Below are positions 11,633-26,134 of a stretch of DNA of 64,000 nt, one piece after another (position 1 is the stretch's first letter; every line of letters begins with the position of its first letter). The DNA is from Eledone cirrhosa (Eukaryota): assembly GCA_964016885.1 (NCBI GenBank), contig OZ024747.1, positions 73,904,001 through 73,968,000 on the forward strand. Reading direction: 5' to 3'. Position numbers and translations under genes: made by a program. The notes under the pieces are model-generated. The model was not told the DNA's origin, searched no databases, and saw only the letters and a list, made by a program, of their open reading frames with translations.

Positions 11633-13729
11633 GGCGTTGTATGTGTATTACTGACCGCGTCTTAATTCATTGTTCAATTACGTTGCACAGCCCAATGTGG
11701 ATTACAAATCGTAGTCGAAAGGCAATAATTAATGAATGAGTTGTAATGAGAGTGGACAGAATGGTATTAGTCACCTAATTCTTAATAATGATATTCACTC
11801 AAGGATAGACTAAGAATCTTATTTTCTAAACAGAACAACTAAGTACGTATTCACCTCTTATTTGTCTATCATATTTGTTTTGTACTTTACCAAATTTCCT
11901 TCATTATTCCCTTAAATTTCAAAATATAATGGTTTCTATAATTTCCTCATTGAAAAAAGCAAAGATAATACGTCGTTAGTTGGATAGATTGTTGTCATAT
12001 TTACAAAAATGATACGCGATGGGGCCCACCCACAGCCCCGGTGGACTGCAATGGCATTTCGCCACGACTATGTTGAAAAACTAAATATGGTTAACCAAAT
12101 ACTCGTATATTATATTTTTAAATAAGCGGAGGACTGGCAGATTCGTTTAAACGTCGGATAGAATGATTTGTGCTGTTCCTTTCAGCTCTCTACACTCCCT
12201 GTGTGTGTGTGTGTATGTGTCTGTGCGTGTCTGGGTGAGTGTGTGCGTGGTGTCTGTGCGTGAGGGCGCATTACTTTACCTATTTGGAACTCTAAACATT
12301 TAATTCAACGTAATCGGTACAAACATTAAAGTTGATATATTTTCATTTATTAGAACTAAATATTTTTACAGGACAATTTGTTATATTTTCTTCTTTGTGT
12401 ATTCACCCTCAAGTCTTCTTAAAAAAGGAATCATAAATCAAATGCTTATCTCCTCTCTGTCTTATTTTGCTCTTTCCTCTAAATTCTTTACTACAATACT
12501 CTCTTCATTTCTTGATTATTTCCTCCTCCAACACTACACATAATTATGTTTAATTTTTCCTATATATATATTGCTCTACAGTAAATGCCAAACCTATACT
12601 GTTGTATTGATTTCCTCTTTTTAAAGCAAGAAACTATGAAATTGGTAAAGACGTGATTAGTAGCTCCAAGGCATTTGGTATATTATTGATGTCGAAATGA
12701 TCAAAGCAACAGACTAGCTGAGGAGTTTAATTGTTATTTAAATGGTGTAGCTCTATAGTACTTAATCGTTCAACATAAATCTCTGTTCTTGTTTTAAGAT
12801 TACGTATTGTTAATAATTTCATAGCAGACGGTAGAAGTAAAAAATGTAAAGTAATGCTGTGAGACACATCGCTGACAAGGTATATTTTGCACTTCATTTA
12901 GGGTTCTCCCGAAATGATGTGTTTAAATAGCATGTGGAAGGAGAACCATCTTTTGTAGTTTTATACCTTTCCCTATTTTATAACGACGTCTGGTTCTACC
13001 AACAATTTTGCATTAATATTTCTCAATAGGAGTTTTATTTAATCATTTATTACGGTGAAATTGAAAGGAATGGACCCTTACCTAACACCCTGTCAACCAT
13101 TATTTAAAACTCTACTTTAAAAAACATTGCGCCCCCTGTTCACATGGAATAGATAATTCTATTGTGAACACCTATGAAGGAATCTTTCATAAAGATAATC
13201 ATAAATGATTCCATAGATTTATGTATATGTATTGTTGGTAATTATTACAAATGTAATATAGGTTTCCGTCGATTTAGGAAACTAATCCATTTTAGAGATT
13301 AATCAGAGACAGAAGTACTGTAGTGACGCAAGACTGGTAATTTGAGGTCGCGACTGAAATCTCATATTGGAAGAAATCTATTTCTATATTTTAGAAGAAC
13401 ATCACATCTCTTTGGAAATGTTCTTACCTGATCAAGCTTTTGGGTTGATCTCTCATGTTTCAAATATTGTAATACCAGAAGAAAGATAATGGTTTCTACA
13501 AAATTAGAAATAGTTACAGGTATTTTTGAAATAATCGCACAGTGTATAAATAAGAGATACTTAGCAATATTAATTGTTTGTCTTACTTCGAGATCGGAGA
13601 AATTGTTATATGTAGAACAAACCCTGTAAAATGTTTAAGCTGGATACTTATATACGGAAATGTAAGTTTGACACATTAGAATTTCACCCTCTTCAAATAC
13701 AGAAAAAAAAAAAATTAAATAACACATCG

Positions 13730-13987
13730 CTTAAGCATAATTCTATAATTTAGTTAAGAAATTCACCAAAAATGATATTTTCCTTAATTAATTTATATGT
13801 ATAGAATTTTTATTAAAATATTTTATTCAGCTATGATAAAGTTTAATTGTTTATTTTTATTCTTAATTAGAATTTTATAAATTTATTATTTTAAATTTTT
13901 CTTCTATCTTTAATTAATCTTCGAATGTATAATAATATTATTTTAGTGAATTCTTTAATAAATAATTGTTAATGGAACTATGTTTAA
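13730..13987. repeat. Old diverged AT-rich inverted repeat (MITE-like)
   Basis: AAGAAATTCACCAAAAATGATATT pairs imperfectly with AATATTATTTTAGTGAATTCTT. TTAAGCATAATTCTATAA pairs imperfectly with TAATGGAACTATGTTTAA. Confidence 0.45.
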
Positions 13988-14505
13988 TTGTTATAGTGGT
14001 ATTTATAACTAACTGAGCGTACACAATGCCCATATCAGAATTACACACCATGATGGATATAACAAAACTAAACCCCACAACAACAAGTAATTCCCTAAAT
14101 TTCGTTATCAAACAAGAAAAACTAAAATTAATAACATCTTAAAATAACTTTTCACGAATGTCGACTTATATGACGATTAATGGTGAGTGTGTTGTTACAG
14201 ATTAGTGGTGACTGTTGTTTTGATATATAACATGAATCTGTATTATCATACATTGACGAATAAAAATAAACATGTTCGGAATTTGGACAAATATAATTAA
14301 AATACGTAATATATTCAATACTTCAGGCTACCATTTCTGGAACTCCACTGCATTTAATTCTATGAATATTGATTTCTAATTCATGCAGAAAGCCAGCAAG
14401 TTCGGAGAAAGTGAAGATTTGATAAAAACTGGTACTCTATTTCATCGATGACAGAAGGATGGAAGGCAAAATCGATCTTGATTTGTGTTTATGCAATTGT
14501 ATGTA

Positions 14506-14612
14506 GAGGTGTGTGGCCTAGTGGCAAGGGTGTTGGGCGTACGATTATAATGTCATGGGTTCTATTCCTGGACTGGGATGTGTGGTGTCTTCATGTTGAT
14601 TCCCTTTACTTT
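14506..14612 (+). mobile_element. tRNA-derived SINE head, second family (CORE-like)
   Basis: GTGGCCTAGTGG A box and GGTTCTATTCC B-box-like motif. Homologous to the reverse complement of 16660-16805. Confidence 0.5.
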
Positions 14613-16659
14613 ATGCATACATGCATGCATATATATATATATAAAATATATATACATATATATATATATATGTATATATATGTATATATATACATATATA
14701 TATATATGTATATATATAAAGTTATATATATATATATATATAACTTTATATATATACATATATATAAAAAAATATATGTATATATATTTATCAACTAAGA
14801 ATAATTCTTATACTAATTCCACTTTTGCTTTCAGAAGACGGTTCTACACAGGTATAAAATACACATACCCAGTCATAATAACACAAAACTATATTCTGTT
14901 TGACCGTCATCGGATTAGAGAATCTCCTCCTTATTCTTCTTAATCTTCTGCTTCCCAAGCTCCTCCTCCTCCTCCTTCCTGTTATATTTGTTAATATGTT
15001 TTCATGCTTATTTATGTATTTTTAGATACATATTTACTTCCCTTGATTCATTCAGTCTCATATGATTCTTTTAATGTAAGTATCGGAACTCTTGTTATCT
15101 TCTATAACAATACTCTTATGTGGTCTTTAAAAAAAACAGCGTGATATAGAATTGTATAGTACTTTTTGTACCAAATTCGGGTTTTTACCGCAAATCATAA
15201 AATATCTACATGTTTAATATCGCCTCAGGTCAGAAGACATTCTGCTCCTCCTTTATAACATGTTTTTATCCTGTTTTATTTGTCAGTTATCGTTAATCCA
15301 TGAATATATAATACTTCTCGGTTTCCGGATGTATTACTGAGACTTATATTTATGCTTTAAACTGCCTCAATTTTTATCGATATTTTCCCAGTTTCTTTAC
15401 CATTATATTATTATATAAATCAGAAAGGACTCAATTGACTGACTGCCTGATGTTTAAGTTTCCCACGAAGATAATTTGACAGATGGATCAATGTGTCTTT
15501 ACTAGGTAAATTGGTTACCATTTCACTCGATTATATGGTATCTGTAATAATATACATTGTACATATGTATAAGCTTGTTTATTCTATTGTCAACGTCTGT
15601 ACACGTTTTGGTGTTTGACTTTATCAAAATACTAGATAATATCCTAACGTAGTTTCAAACGTATATTTAGGTATTGGCAACGAAGTTTGGTTTATATTTG
15701 CTTTACCTCAATTGTATTTATATATATGTTGATATGATGACATTTGAACTGGAAATCCTTACTCAGAGGATTTCACATTGAATCATTTAAAATTAGAAAC
15801 ATATAATTTCTATAATTAGTTCCCACTCTATTTCTATATATTTCACTCCTAAAAATATTCCTGCATTATAAATCTTTCTAGTATGAGATTTTCAATAAGC
15901 ATGTGTTTTTCTTCTTTAAAACAGGTGTGTGTAAATTGTACAGTTCTCTAATTCTAAGATCAGTTTCAATGTCTGTTACTTCAATTCCATTTCACTATTT
16001 TCGTTTCATCGCACACTTTAATATAATTCTTGACTCTTTCTCGAATCTCATTTATGTCACTAACAACATTCCATAACTATAAATTAATAAATTACCAATA
16101 GCCTTTTCCTTATTTATTCCTGTGTGTGTGTGTGTGTGTACAATGATTAACATTATTTCAGATAATATATTCCCTGATCTAATCATTTTCAAAATCTTAG
16201 CATATTTAATAATTTTCTTGTAACTCTAGACTCTCTCCAATTCCATATATTTCCGAAGCCAATGCATGACAACGCTCCATGGAGGGGGAGAGAGAATTGT
16301 AAACAAGAGATAGGGAGAGAGAGGAAGAGAGAGAGAGGTAGAGAGGGGGAGAGCGAGATAGAGGGAGTGAAAGAAGAGGAGAGAGAAATAGAAGTGGATG
16401 TAAAATAAAAAAGAATTATCATGAATATTTTTGTGATACCCTATCATATCTTGTTAATTATGCTTAAATCTATAGTGCTAGTAACAGTCTGTCTGGTGGA
16501 GTTTCCTGGGACACATATGTCATTAAAATTTACTAATTCTGCATGGAAGCTGTCATTTAAACTGTAAGCCAGTTAATCTAAGATTCTGTCTTGAAGCTGT
16601 AGGCTTATCACATCGGTGTTTATTCTGGTTTCTGTCGAGTTAAGCGAGAAAACACCCCC

Positions 16660-16805
16660 ACAGTATACTCATTTTCAGTTGAGTATACTGGAGCAGCCTG
16701 AAATGAAGTGTTTTGATCAAGAAAACAACAAACAGCCCAGCCCTGAAATCGAACCCAAGACATTATGATACTATGTCCAACACATTTACCACCAGGCCAC
16801 GTGCG
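16660..16805 (-). mobile_element. tRNA-derived SINE, second family (CORE-like)
   Basis: Minus strand reads GCACGTGGCCTGGTGG...GGGTTCGATTTC...TTGATCAAAACACTTCATTTC...AAAATGAGTA. Confidence 0.55.
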
Positions 16806-16968
16806 ACCACCTTAAACCAATTTATCTCACATCTGTTATATCTTTATTTTTAACATAATTCATAAAATCTATAAAAGCATTACTATTTTTGGCATTCCTG
16901 TGTCTGTTTTTCTTCATTCTGCGGATGGACAAAAAGTAAAAAGAATTAAAGTACCGAGGTATCAATGC

Positions 16969-17023
<55 letters not shown>

Positions 17024-17200
17024 TATTATCATATATATATATATATATATATAATAATAGTTAATGTATTTGAAAATTCTACAAAATCAAGAGCAAAGGA
17101 AACTCATATATTTACTGACACCTAATACAAGGAAAAGATCGTGCAACAATGAAATACTGCCCAAACACACACCTCATCTATCTTTCTTTCTTACGCCAAC

Positions 17201-17316
<116 letters not shown>

Positions 17317-17384
17317 GTGTGTTTCTGTGTGTGTGTCTGTGTGTGTATCGTATATGTATATATACAAGGTTTGTCGTATATGTA

Positions 17385-17508
17385 AAATCTACAAGGAAAT
17401 TCTCTAGAGGGATATATACGTATATACATATTTGTATATATATATATGTATATATATATACAAATATATATATATATATATCCCTCACGGGAATTTCCTT
17501 GTAGATTT
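17385..17508. repeat. Short inverted repeat around a (TA)n tract
   Basis: AAATCTACAAGGAAATTC..AGGGGATATATA versus TATATCCCT..GAATTTCCTTGTAGATTT. Confidence 0.75.
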
Positions 17509-18102
17509 AAATATTCTATTTAACCAGTACGAATGTATGACGATTCTTACATTTCATCTGCTCTTCTGGTGTGATTTATTGTTGCACAGTCAAGACGTGC
17601 TATATACCACCAGCTATCTTCACAGTATTCTTTAGGCAAATCCAAATGCATCACAGTAAATCTTCTCCTCTTGCTCTACCATTCTTGTTCTTACTCCTTA
17701 ATATCCTCCTCATCATCATCATCATGATCTTCGTCATCATCGTCATTATTATATTCATTAGCAGAAGTAGCCATAGTATAATTATTTATATATGTATTAT
17801 GGGAGTTTTAAATCATTGCTTTCCTGCCAGTTTTACCTGATATTTCTATATGTATGCTGTGTACAGTATTGGTGGGATTGTCCGCTCATTTTAGTCTTTC
17901 TATTATTATAGATTTTAACCATTCATATTTGTCTCCCTTGTCAGTATAGTCTCATCTCTTTCGCATAATATGTATTGCATAGACATTCAGGAGACAGAGA
18001 AATCATGTATTGGAATTTGTGTAATATGTAAATTAATAGTATTTGACGCCTACCTTTGTATATTACATATAGCAAATGCACAGAAGGATTTGTTTTCTTG
18101 AA

Positions 18103-18949
18103 GATAACACCTCATTTTTGAATTAAATTGGGCGATGGATTGGAATTATCGGTAGCGAGTCTGACGCCATGCTTTGCAGCAAAGAGTTACGCCGGGTTTA
18201 AGTTTGCTTCTCATCCTTACGAGGTCGATAAAATAAAGTACCAGTAATACACCGGTATAATTGCTGGCCTTGTGTCAAAAGTAGAAACAATTATTAAATT
18301 AAATTAATATTTGTCATTCAATTAATGCTTTCCTATCTTCCGCATGTTGATATTATTATTTATACTTATTTTTTTATTATCGACATCTTAAGTGTTATTT
18401 TCAGTCGGATAAATTCATCAGATGGAAACACTGTGTCCTTGGTCAGAGTCCCCTCCCTCACTCTCTAAGTGAATTAGGTCTTGGATCTTACCGATCGTTT
18501 CCTTTTAGGACGATTTTGCTAATCTAGTACCTTTCCACAGTCTATCAAATGTCAACAAAACAATTTATGAATATTAACGTATGTTATATCTTATGGGTCT
18601 GATGAATTTCAGGATCGAGACAGACTTTTGTTTTAGAAATTTATCCGACCGAAAATAACACTTAAGATGTCGATAATAAAAAAATAAATATAAATAATAA
18701 TATCCACATGCGGAAGATAGGAAACCATTAATTGAATGACAAATATTAATTTAATTTAATAATTGTTTCTACTTTTGACACAAGGCCATACATTATCCCA
18801 GTGTATTACTGGTACTTTATTTTATCGACCTCGTAAGGATGAGAGGCAAACTTAACCCCGGCGTAACTCTTTGCTGCAAAGCATGGCGTCAGACCCTCTA
18901 CCGATAATTCCAACCACCGACCAATTTAATTCAATAATGAGGTGTTATC
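18103..18949. repeat. ~310-bp inverted duplication, each arm holding a deleted family-D SINE plus flank
   Basis: Arms 18103-18415 and 18638-18949 align in reverse complement beyond the SINE on both sides. Spacer ~220 bp. Both SINE copies lack the B-box segment. Confidence 0.9.
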
Positions 18950-20250
18950 AGAGTCTTCCTATTGCAATGTGAAATGGAATTTTGTTTGATGACAAAGATT
19001 CTTATATTTTAGTTGAAAGTCTTTGTCCTCTAACTTCCAATTAAATATATTATTATATAATTAAGCATTTGAATATCAAATGTGTTTAATTAAAATATGT
19101 TGTAAGGCGTATGTAACGATCTGTACAACTCAGATATATTTTTATTATTTTCAAATATTATTTATATATTTTATCGACTTTTAATAATTTATATTAGTTT
19201 TCTTAACATATAGCTTGGATTTCGTAATCTCTGCCCCTCTGCATATTACTTTTTCTATCATTTTTTTCCCGTGACAAAATTACATAACGATATGTTTGAA
19301 GTCATGTATTTGTTGAATACACAGTCTAGAAGATTAACATATCCAATAGTCTTAAAAAACATTGCTGACACTATCATGTTATCATAACACGTCAGCTCAT
19401 GAATCATGTAAGAAAAAGAAATTATATGTTACAGTTATGTATGTTTCATCGTGGTGTAAACAAATTTGTCATATACTTTTATCGAGGAAATTATTTCTAT
19501 GTTTACTGCTATAGAGAAATACTTTCAAGAATGAGGAAGATTTCATAAAAAACGTTGAAAAATAAACATAGACACAATATTAATCAGCAGGGCAGTGTCG
19601 TAAGAAAAAATAAGTTATTGAGGATAAAAAACAACTGTTGGTTATCTTGAATCATTCCTAACTTTAACAATATTTGTCAAGTCATATTTTCAGCAATGTT
19701 TTGGATTTTACGAGTTGATACATTATATTTTTGTGTTTGTCCTGTTGAGTTGGCTAAAACCATCATCATTTATACAAATTCCAGTAATCCATGTGCTCGA
19801 TGATGAATGCGAACGAAAAACTCAACAATATTACGGTACTGCTATGATTAATAGTGGTGAGAAACAACGCCCTTATCAGCTACATTCACTGTTATCAGTT
19901 TTTTGTGATATTCACTACAATATAAATTGGAAGTGCAAAATTTAAAATTTAGAGGAAAGCAAAGAAAAAAAAGGACAATGAGAAGCAACAGTTTACACAT
20001 TTATCTCGTGATATTTTGATGTTAAAACCTCGTTTTCAAAAGAAAGGAAATGAAGTGTAGTTTTAGTGACAACAGCACACACCAATTCCTTTCGCTACAG
20101 AAAATAACACCTAACATATATCATGAGCTATAAGGTGAAAGTGTTAGATATTTTTGTGTGTTTCTTACATTGATGTAGCGTGCAAGATAAGGGCTCTCCC
20201 TAAACACACACCACACACTGTTTATATAAACTAGAATATTTAGAATCATA

Positions 20251-20251
<1 letters not shown>

Positions 20252-20328
<77 letters not shown>

Positions 20329-20386
20329 ATCTCTCTCTCTCTCTCTCTGAGATTCAATCTCTCTCTCTCTCTCTCTGAGATTCAAT
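20252..20386. repeat. (CT)n microsatellite with a duplicated CTGAGATTCAAT junction
   Basis: Read directly. Confidence 0.9.
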
Positions 20387-22166
20387 CGCATGGCTACGAT
20401 CTCAAACATTATTACCGAATTACCAATGTGAGATAAGATATCGCACTGTCTGTTGATTTTCCAGCCAAATTCTAATATGGAAAGGCATTGGGGATGCTTT
20501 ATAACGTTTTCCTATTAAATGTGTTGTATTCATATAATGAATGATGGTGTTTTAGTTTCGACAATGACTGTTCCTGTTGGTTGTGAGAAGAGCGGAACAG
20601 CCTTTCCATGAACTTACAAAAGACTGAGTAATCCAGATACATGCAATCTTTATAGAATTGCCAGGGAGATTAAGTACATTCAATTAAACGGAATTCTAAA
20701 TGTTTCCGTCTACCCAATTTGCCACGCAAGGCTTGGGGAGACTCAAGCTTATTAGAAAAGAGGCTTACCTGCAATATGATCGGAATCCGAAACTCATAAT
20801 TGTAAAGCAAACTCTTTAACAATTCAGCCACATCTGCATATAACATATTATATATTAATATTTTACCGATGACAATCGCTGGTTAATTAATTTTAAGTAT
20901 AATTCTCGTACAGTATTTTCTTTTTCATATATAAGATCTCCTAGCATCTTAAATAGTTCTCTCGGATTTTCTCAATGTCGATTACCATTTGAGGCTGTGA
21001 TCTCTCGAAATGACATAGTCTTAATATACATACAGCCCCTTACGTCCCTTACGTTCTCTATTCAAATTCTGCCCAAATTCACTTTGATTTCTGTCAAAGA
21101 TAACATAAATTTGTATCTCTTCTTTATGGATATACATCGACCAGATATTACTGGTTATACAAGAATACTTAGTATTAAAATGATACGATTAAAAGAGACA
21201 AGATCGTGCAATAAACTCTTACTTGTATTGCTCATTCCTGATCGAGAAAATGTATGATTAAATAATCTTAGAAGTGCCAACCCAATGATGCTCTATATCT
21301 AGGACAAAACTGTATAATGTGTCCTTCCTTTTCGCAGAGGGTAGTCAGTAAGGGAAGAGGAAATTGACTTTTTATATAGTCTCCTTCGTTTACATTGACT
21401 TTCTTGTTATTTCATGTCTTAAGTGGTTCTTCATGCAGCGAAAATAGTAAATAGTAGGATTGCTTTTAGTAAGTTTGGGACCTCGATGGTTTTCTACTAG
21501 TGGCGCATTGTGATGAATGGGGAAAATAGTTGTGAAACTTATATGAGCAAACTGTGTAAAACGTGGAATGGAGTGGGTAATACCCAAATGTATCTGAATG
21601 AAATGGCGTTTTGCATCGATTTAATTTACTTGATAACAATTTTCTCACAAGAAAATTATTATATTATATCTGGTTAGAAAATTGTTTTGGATGTAGGAAT
21701 GAAGCTCTCGGGCTTTAGACTATGTCTATGGACATAACAAAACAAGAAATTCTGTAATGTCCGTTACATTTAAACCGTCTCAGTACAGTTAAGAGTTAGA
21801 CACGAAATATACCAATCCCCAAAGGCTATATGTACTGAATTTACTTACTGTGTATACAACTTAGTGTATTAGGAATGTGTGAGAAAGTTTCTGTTGTATA
21901 AAACTGAAGGAAGCAGATATTCGAGTGTAAATATCAGAAAGTTAAATTGAAAATTTCGATAAAAAACATAATTTGTTGCAGTTGTTTATTGGACGCAAAT
22001 CAAACTTTACCCACACACGTGCACCCACGCGTATACACACATAGATACATGCACAGACAGACACACGCACATATATTATAAGTCATATTCATTGTATATA
22101 TACATATATATATATTTTTATGTATATATGTACATATATATATGTATATGTATATATATACACACA

Positions 22167-22205
<39 letters not shown>

Positions 22206-22349
22206 ATATTTATTAAAATAACAGATTAAAGTTTAATGTAGGAATGAATATATATAATACACACACACACATATATATATATACATGTATATATATATAT
22301 GTATATATGTATGTGTGTATTATATATATATATACTGTATATATATATA

Positions 22350-22473
<124 letters not shown>

Positions 22474-24658
22474 CAACAAATATGACTTATAACGTGACAT
22501 ATAGAAGAAGTATAAAATCAGTTAATAGTTAAATATGTGCAGAGGAAAAAGTCATTCTATTCAATTACAATATAATTGAAAATTTCCGTGAGATATCTTT
22601 AGGCTTAACACGAGCAATGTTATTGAATCTAATTCCTCGACTTATCATTCCCAACCGGGAATGTTTCTTTTTTTCTTTTTCATTTGGTCTTTCTTCATTT
22701 TTCTGCTTGTATTATAAACATCAAGTGGAGTCAGAAAGTAGCATAAACTACACAACCATACACGAAGTTTGGTAATATAATCACTCGCGGTCAGATAAAA
22801 GTTCATCGGCAGGATGATAAGAAATAGGGAAAAAAAGTAAAATAATTGAAAGAAAGAAACAGCAACTAAATATTTATAAAGCAAATAGCTTGTTTATAAC
22901 GATTTTTACACGATAGATCCAGGTGTATAGGCAAAAGGTTATGTCAATGTTAGTTTTCCATTTTACTTCCCATCTCTCTGTCGCCATCTTTGTAGAAAAA
23001 ACGTCTCAAAAATGTCTACAAATCGATGATGTGTGATACGTGTACTGTGTGAAATGTTTAGCTGGAAATTGCCATTAAAATAATGGCTTCAACTTTATCA
23101 TCTTTATTTTCATAATAGTTTCTGTTGTTGTTCGTGCTATTAATGCTGTTATTGTTGTTTTATTTCGTCGTTGGTTATATTATTAATCTTACCAGCGATA
23201 TAAGTCATCATGACCTGTGTCTTTATCATCAGGTATGAATTCTATCGCATTGTTTTCGGATGGAAACGCTAAATAAATTTGACGAAGCGACGATGACCAC
23301 AGTATCAGATGTCTATATTTTAGACCTAAATCAATGAAGATTTTGCATGATTCTTACAATAAAGGGGATAGTTTGTTCTAGTGGGGTAAAGTACATCTGT
23401 AATCTATTTCTTTGCCTGAGAGCAATTCAAATGTTGTATTGTCCACCTAACAGGAAGCTTTGTGATTTGGCCCATCTACGTAAAAATCCCCCGAGTCTAC
23501 CTGATAACTGGCTGTTAGTATTGTTGTTGATGGTTTTGCCGTTGAAGTCATTAGTGTAGCAGTAAGACTTGAACTAGCAAATCTATTTGTAAGAAGACTG
23601 CCAGCAATATCATCACATCTTTCCAACAGGTATGCTTTCCTAAAAACCAATGATGTATTATATATGATAGATGTGGTTTCTATTTTTGACTGGACAAGTG
23701 ATTACATCGAAAATATGAACCCTCTATGCAGTCGATCGTCCTTCTCAAACTATTAAATAAATCTATATCAAATATTACCCCCACTATATCTACAAAAGAG
23801 GGGAACGACCATATACGTAGTGTTTCATCGACCCAAACAATCGACAAGATCCCAGATCTGATTTGCTTATCGAGTGGGGTGGAACTCATCGAATCGGATG
23901 GAGGAAACAATGTTCCAATCGTTTGTCCCTTGCTGATACTATCTACCTGTCGCAACGTGTGGTAGATTCATCGTTTCGTACAGTCCTAAAAACAGAGTCA
24001 TCATGGTTGGTATGTCTTTTGAGGATTGTGCCCGAACATGTTGGCCTGCAGGTATAATATGAAACAAAAACAACTACAAAAACAATTTTCATTCGTAGAA
24101 TGGTGTCATAACTTGTTGTAGTTCAAAGGTTCTTCTGCTCTCGGGAAAGGTGTCTCGGGTAGGTCCTCAAATTTAACATCATTATCACAACAGTAACTGC
24201 GTTACTGCAATGGCTTCATAAATAGTCACACTTCAAATTTAGAAGCATATTAGCACAATCATATTCCCGCTTCAACTCAAGCATCATAGATCTTCAAGTT
24301 ACCTCCAAGTCTACTAAAATAAGCAATGTATTTGTCTTGTCGTTATGTTTATGTTTTGCTGTCATTTAGTTCATATCAGTCATTATTTTTTATGTAGCTG
24401 TAGCATATTTGTTATTGCAATATCATTTTATTGATAAAGCCGTGTAAATTTTCAGTTCAGAAAAAAAACCAGAAGTCTTTACATTGGAATCCTAGCAAAA
24501 TTCAGTATTCTTGTATCGATCTTATATAAATGATGTTTAACGTTTTGTTTTAGGTGCTAAAGTATTGTCAGAATCAATTATTGAATACGTATTCATATAT
24601 GTACACACACACACAGACACACACCTACACACACACACGCATATATGTATGTATGAGT

Positions 24659-24690
<32 letters not shown>

Positions 24691-24852
24691 AGTCAGGGAA
24701 AAGTGGATGTATGAATGTGTTGGCGTGTATGATTTGAAGTAAGAAGTTTACGCATGCTTGACAACAGTAACTGTACATGTTTTATTTCATAAAACAACAA
24801 TTAAATAGGTTTCTCCGTCTCCTTCTTCCTCTCTCTTTCTCAAACTCTCTGT

Positions 24853-24894
<42 letters not shown>

Positions 24895-25146
24895 ATAATA
24901 ATAAATTTGAAGGCTAAAATCCAAAGAGGGCTCAATAATACTGCTCCAAATAATGACGTGTTATATTCGTTTTTTCCCGTGCGTTGCCAGGCAACGTCTC
25001 CTCGAACCAAAGTATCGTCTTCCTGTCTTCCTCCGGTTGCAACGTTTATTGAAATATTCACTTCTGCGTTCACAGATTGACCTTGTTACTTTCAGAAGAT
25101 CCCGTTAAGGGTGAAAGCAGCGATTCTTTGCTTAAACTTTAATCTG

Positions 25147-25196
<50 letters not shown>

Positions 25197-25205
25197 GCAT
25201 ATATA

Positions 25206-25991
25206 CGAGGTGTGTCAGAAAAGTTCCAGGACTGATGTCACAAAAGATTTATTTCAAACCCAAACTTCACACTAGCAGTGTTCTCCTCTCCTTCAAAGTA
25301 ATCCCCCTGGAGTATGTAACTCTAATGTTAGCTCTCTGCAGCGATCAAATTTTTTTCTTCATAATTTTATATACATGTCCTCTGTTTCAGGTCGTCAAGG
25401 AATGTGCACAGAGAAACGAACAAACTTGAAGTTTCTGGTACGGTTGGGGAAAACTCCGTCAGAAGCACTGGGATTGCTGCAGCAAGTGTATGGAGATGAG
25501 ACGATGTCACGCTCACGTGTTTTTGAGTGGTGCAAGAGGTTTAAAGAAGGACGCGAGGACGTGGAAGATGACCCCAGGAGCGGAATGCCCACAACAACCA
25601 GGACTGAGATCAACGTTGAGCGTGTCAGGCAGATTGTGCGTAGCGATCGTCGGCTGACTGTTCGACTGATGGCAAATGAGCTGGGCATGAATCGGGACAG
25701 TGTCTGGAAGATTCTCATTGAAGATTTGGACAGGCGAAAAGTTTGCGCGAAGATGGTGCCAAAACTGCTGAACGATGACCAGGAGGGTCGACGCATGCAA
25801 GTGTGCCAGGACATCCTCGAGTGTCTTGAAACCGAACCAGACTTGCAGGAGTGCATGCAAGCGTGGCAGAAAAGGATAGAAAAGTGCATTAGACTCCAGG
25901 GGGATTACTTTAAAGGAGAAAACTCTTAGTGTGAAGTTTGGGTTTGAAATAAATCTTTTGACATCTGTCCTGGAACTTTTCTGACACACCG
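25206..25991 (+). mobile_element. Internally deleted mariner (Tc1/mariner) element with TIRs and TA target duplication
   Basis: TA-CGAGGTGTGTCAGAAAAGTTCCAGGAC... at the left and ...GTCCTGGAACTTTTTCTGACACACCG-TA at the right. The inverted similarity extends about 110 bp. Confidence 0.92.
25402..25929 (+). pseudogene. Truncated mariner transposase: HTH DNA-binding region and linker fused in frame to the extreme C-terminus; DD34D domain absent
   Basis: RTNLKFLVRLGKTPSEA..YGDETMSRSRVFEWCKRFKEGREDVEDDPRSG..DRRLTVR..CAKMVPKLL (WVPHEL-equivalent linker)..LETEPD|LQECMQAWQKRIEKCIRLQGDYF. Confidence 0.9.
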
Positions 25992-26134
25992 TATATGGGT
26001 GGCTTTGTATGTGCGTGTGTTAATTGTAAGCAGTTGTACCTAATCTTTTCACAAGCTGGAAACGGTTTATAGAAACTGTCTGAAGTTCGTTAAAATCTAC
26101 TATTATGTGTGCGTTATACTTTATGTGAAGGTGA

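Noticed and set aside
18380-18630. CTGATGA motifs at the inner ends of the inverted duplication
   Set aside because: Stem II does not pair or GAAA is absent, so they are not called as hammerheads.
25395-25989. Minus-strand ORFs of 164 and 158 aa
   Set aside because: Antisense shadows of the mariner transposase.
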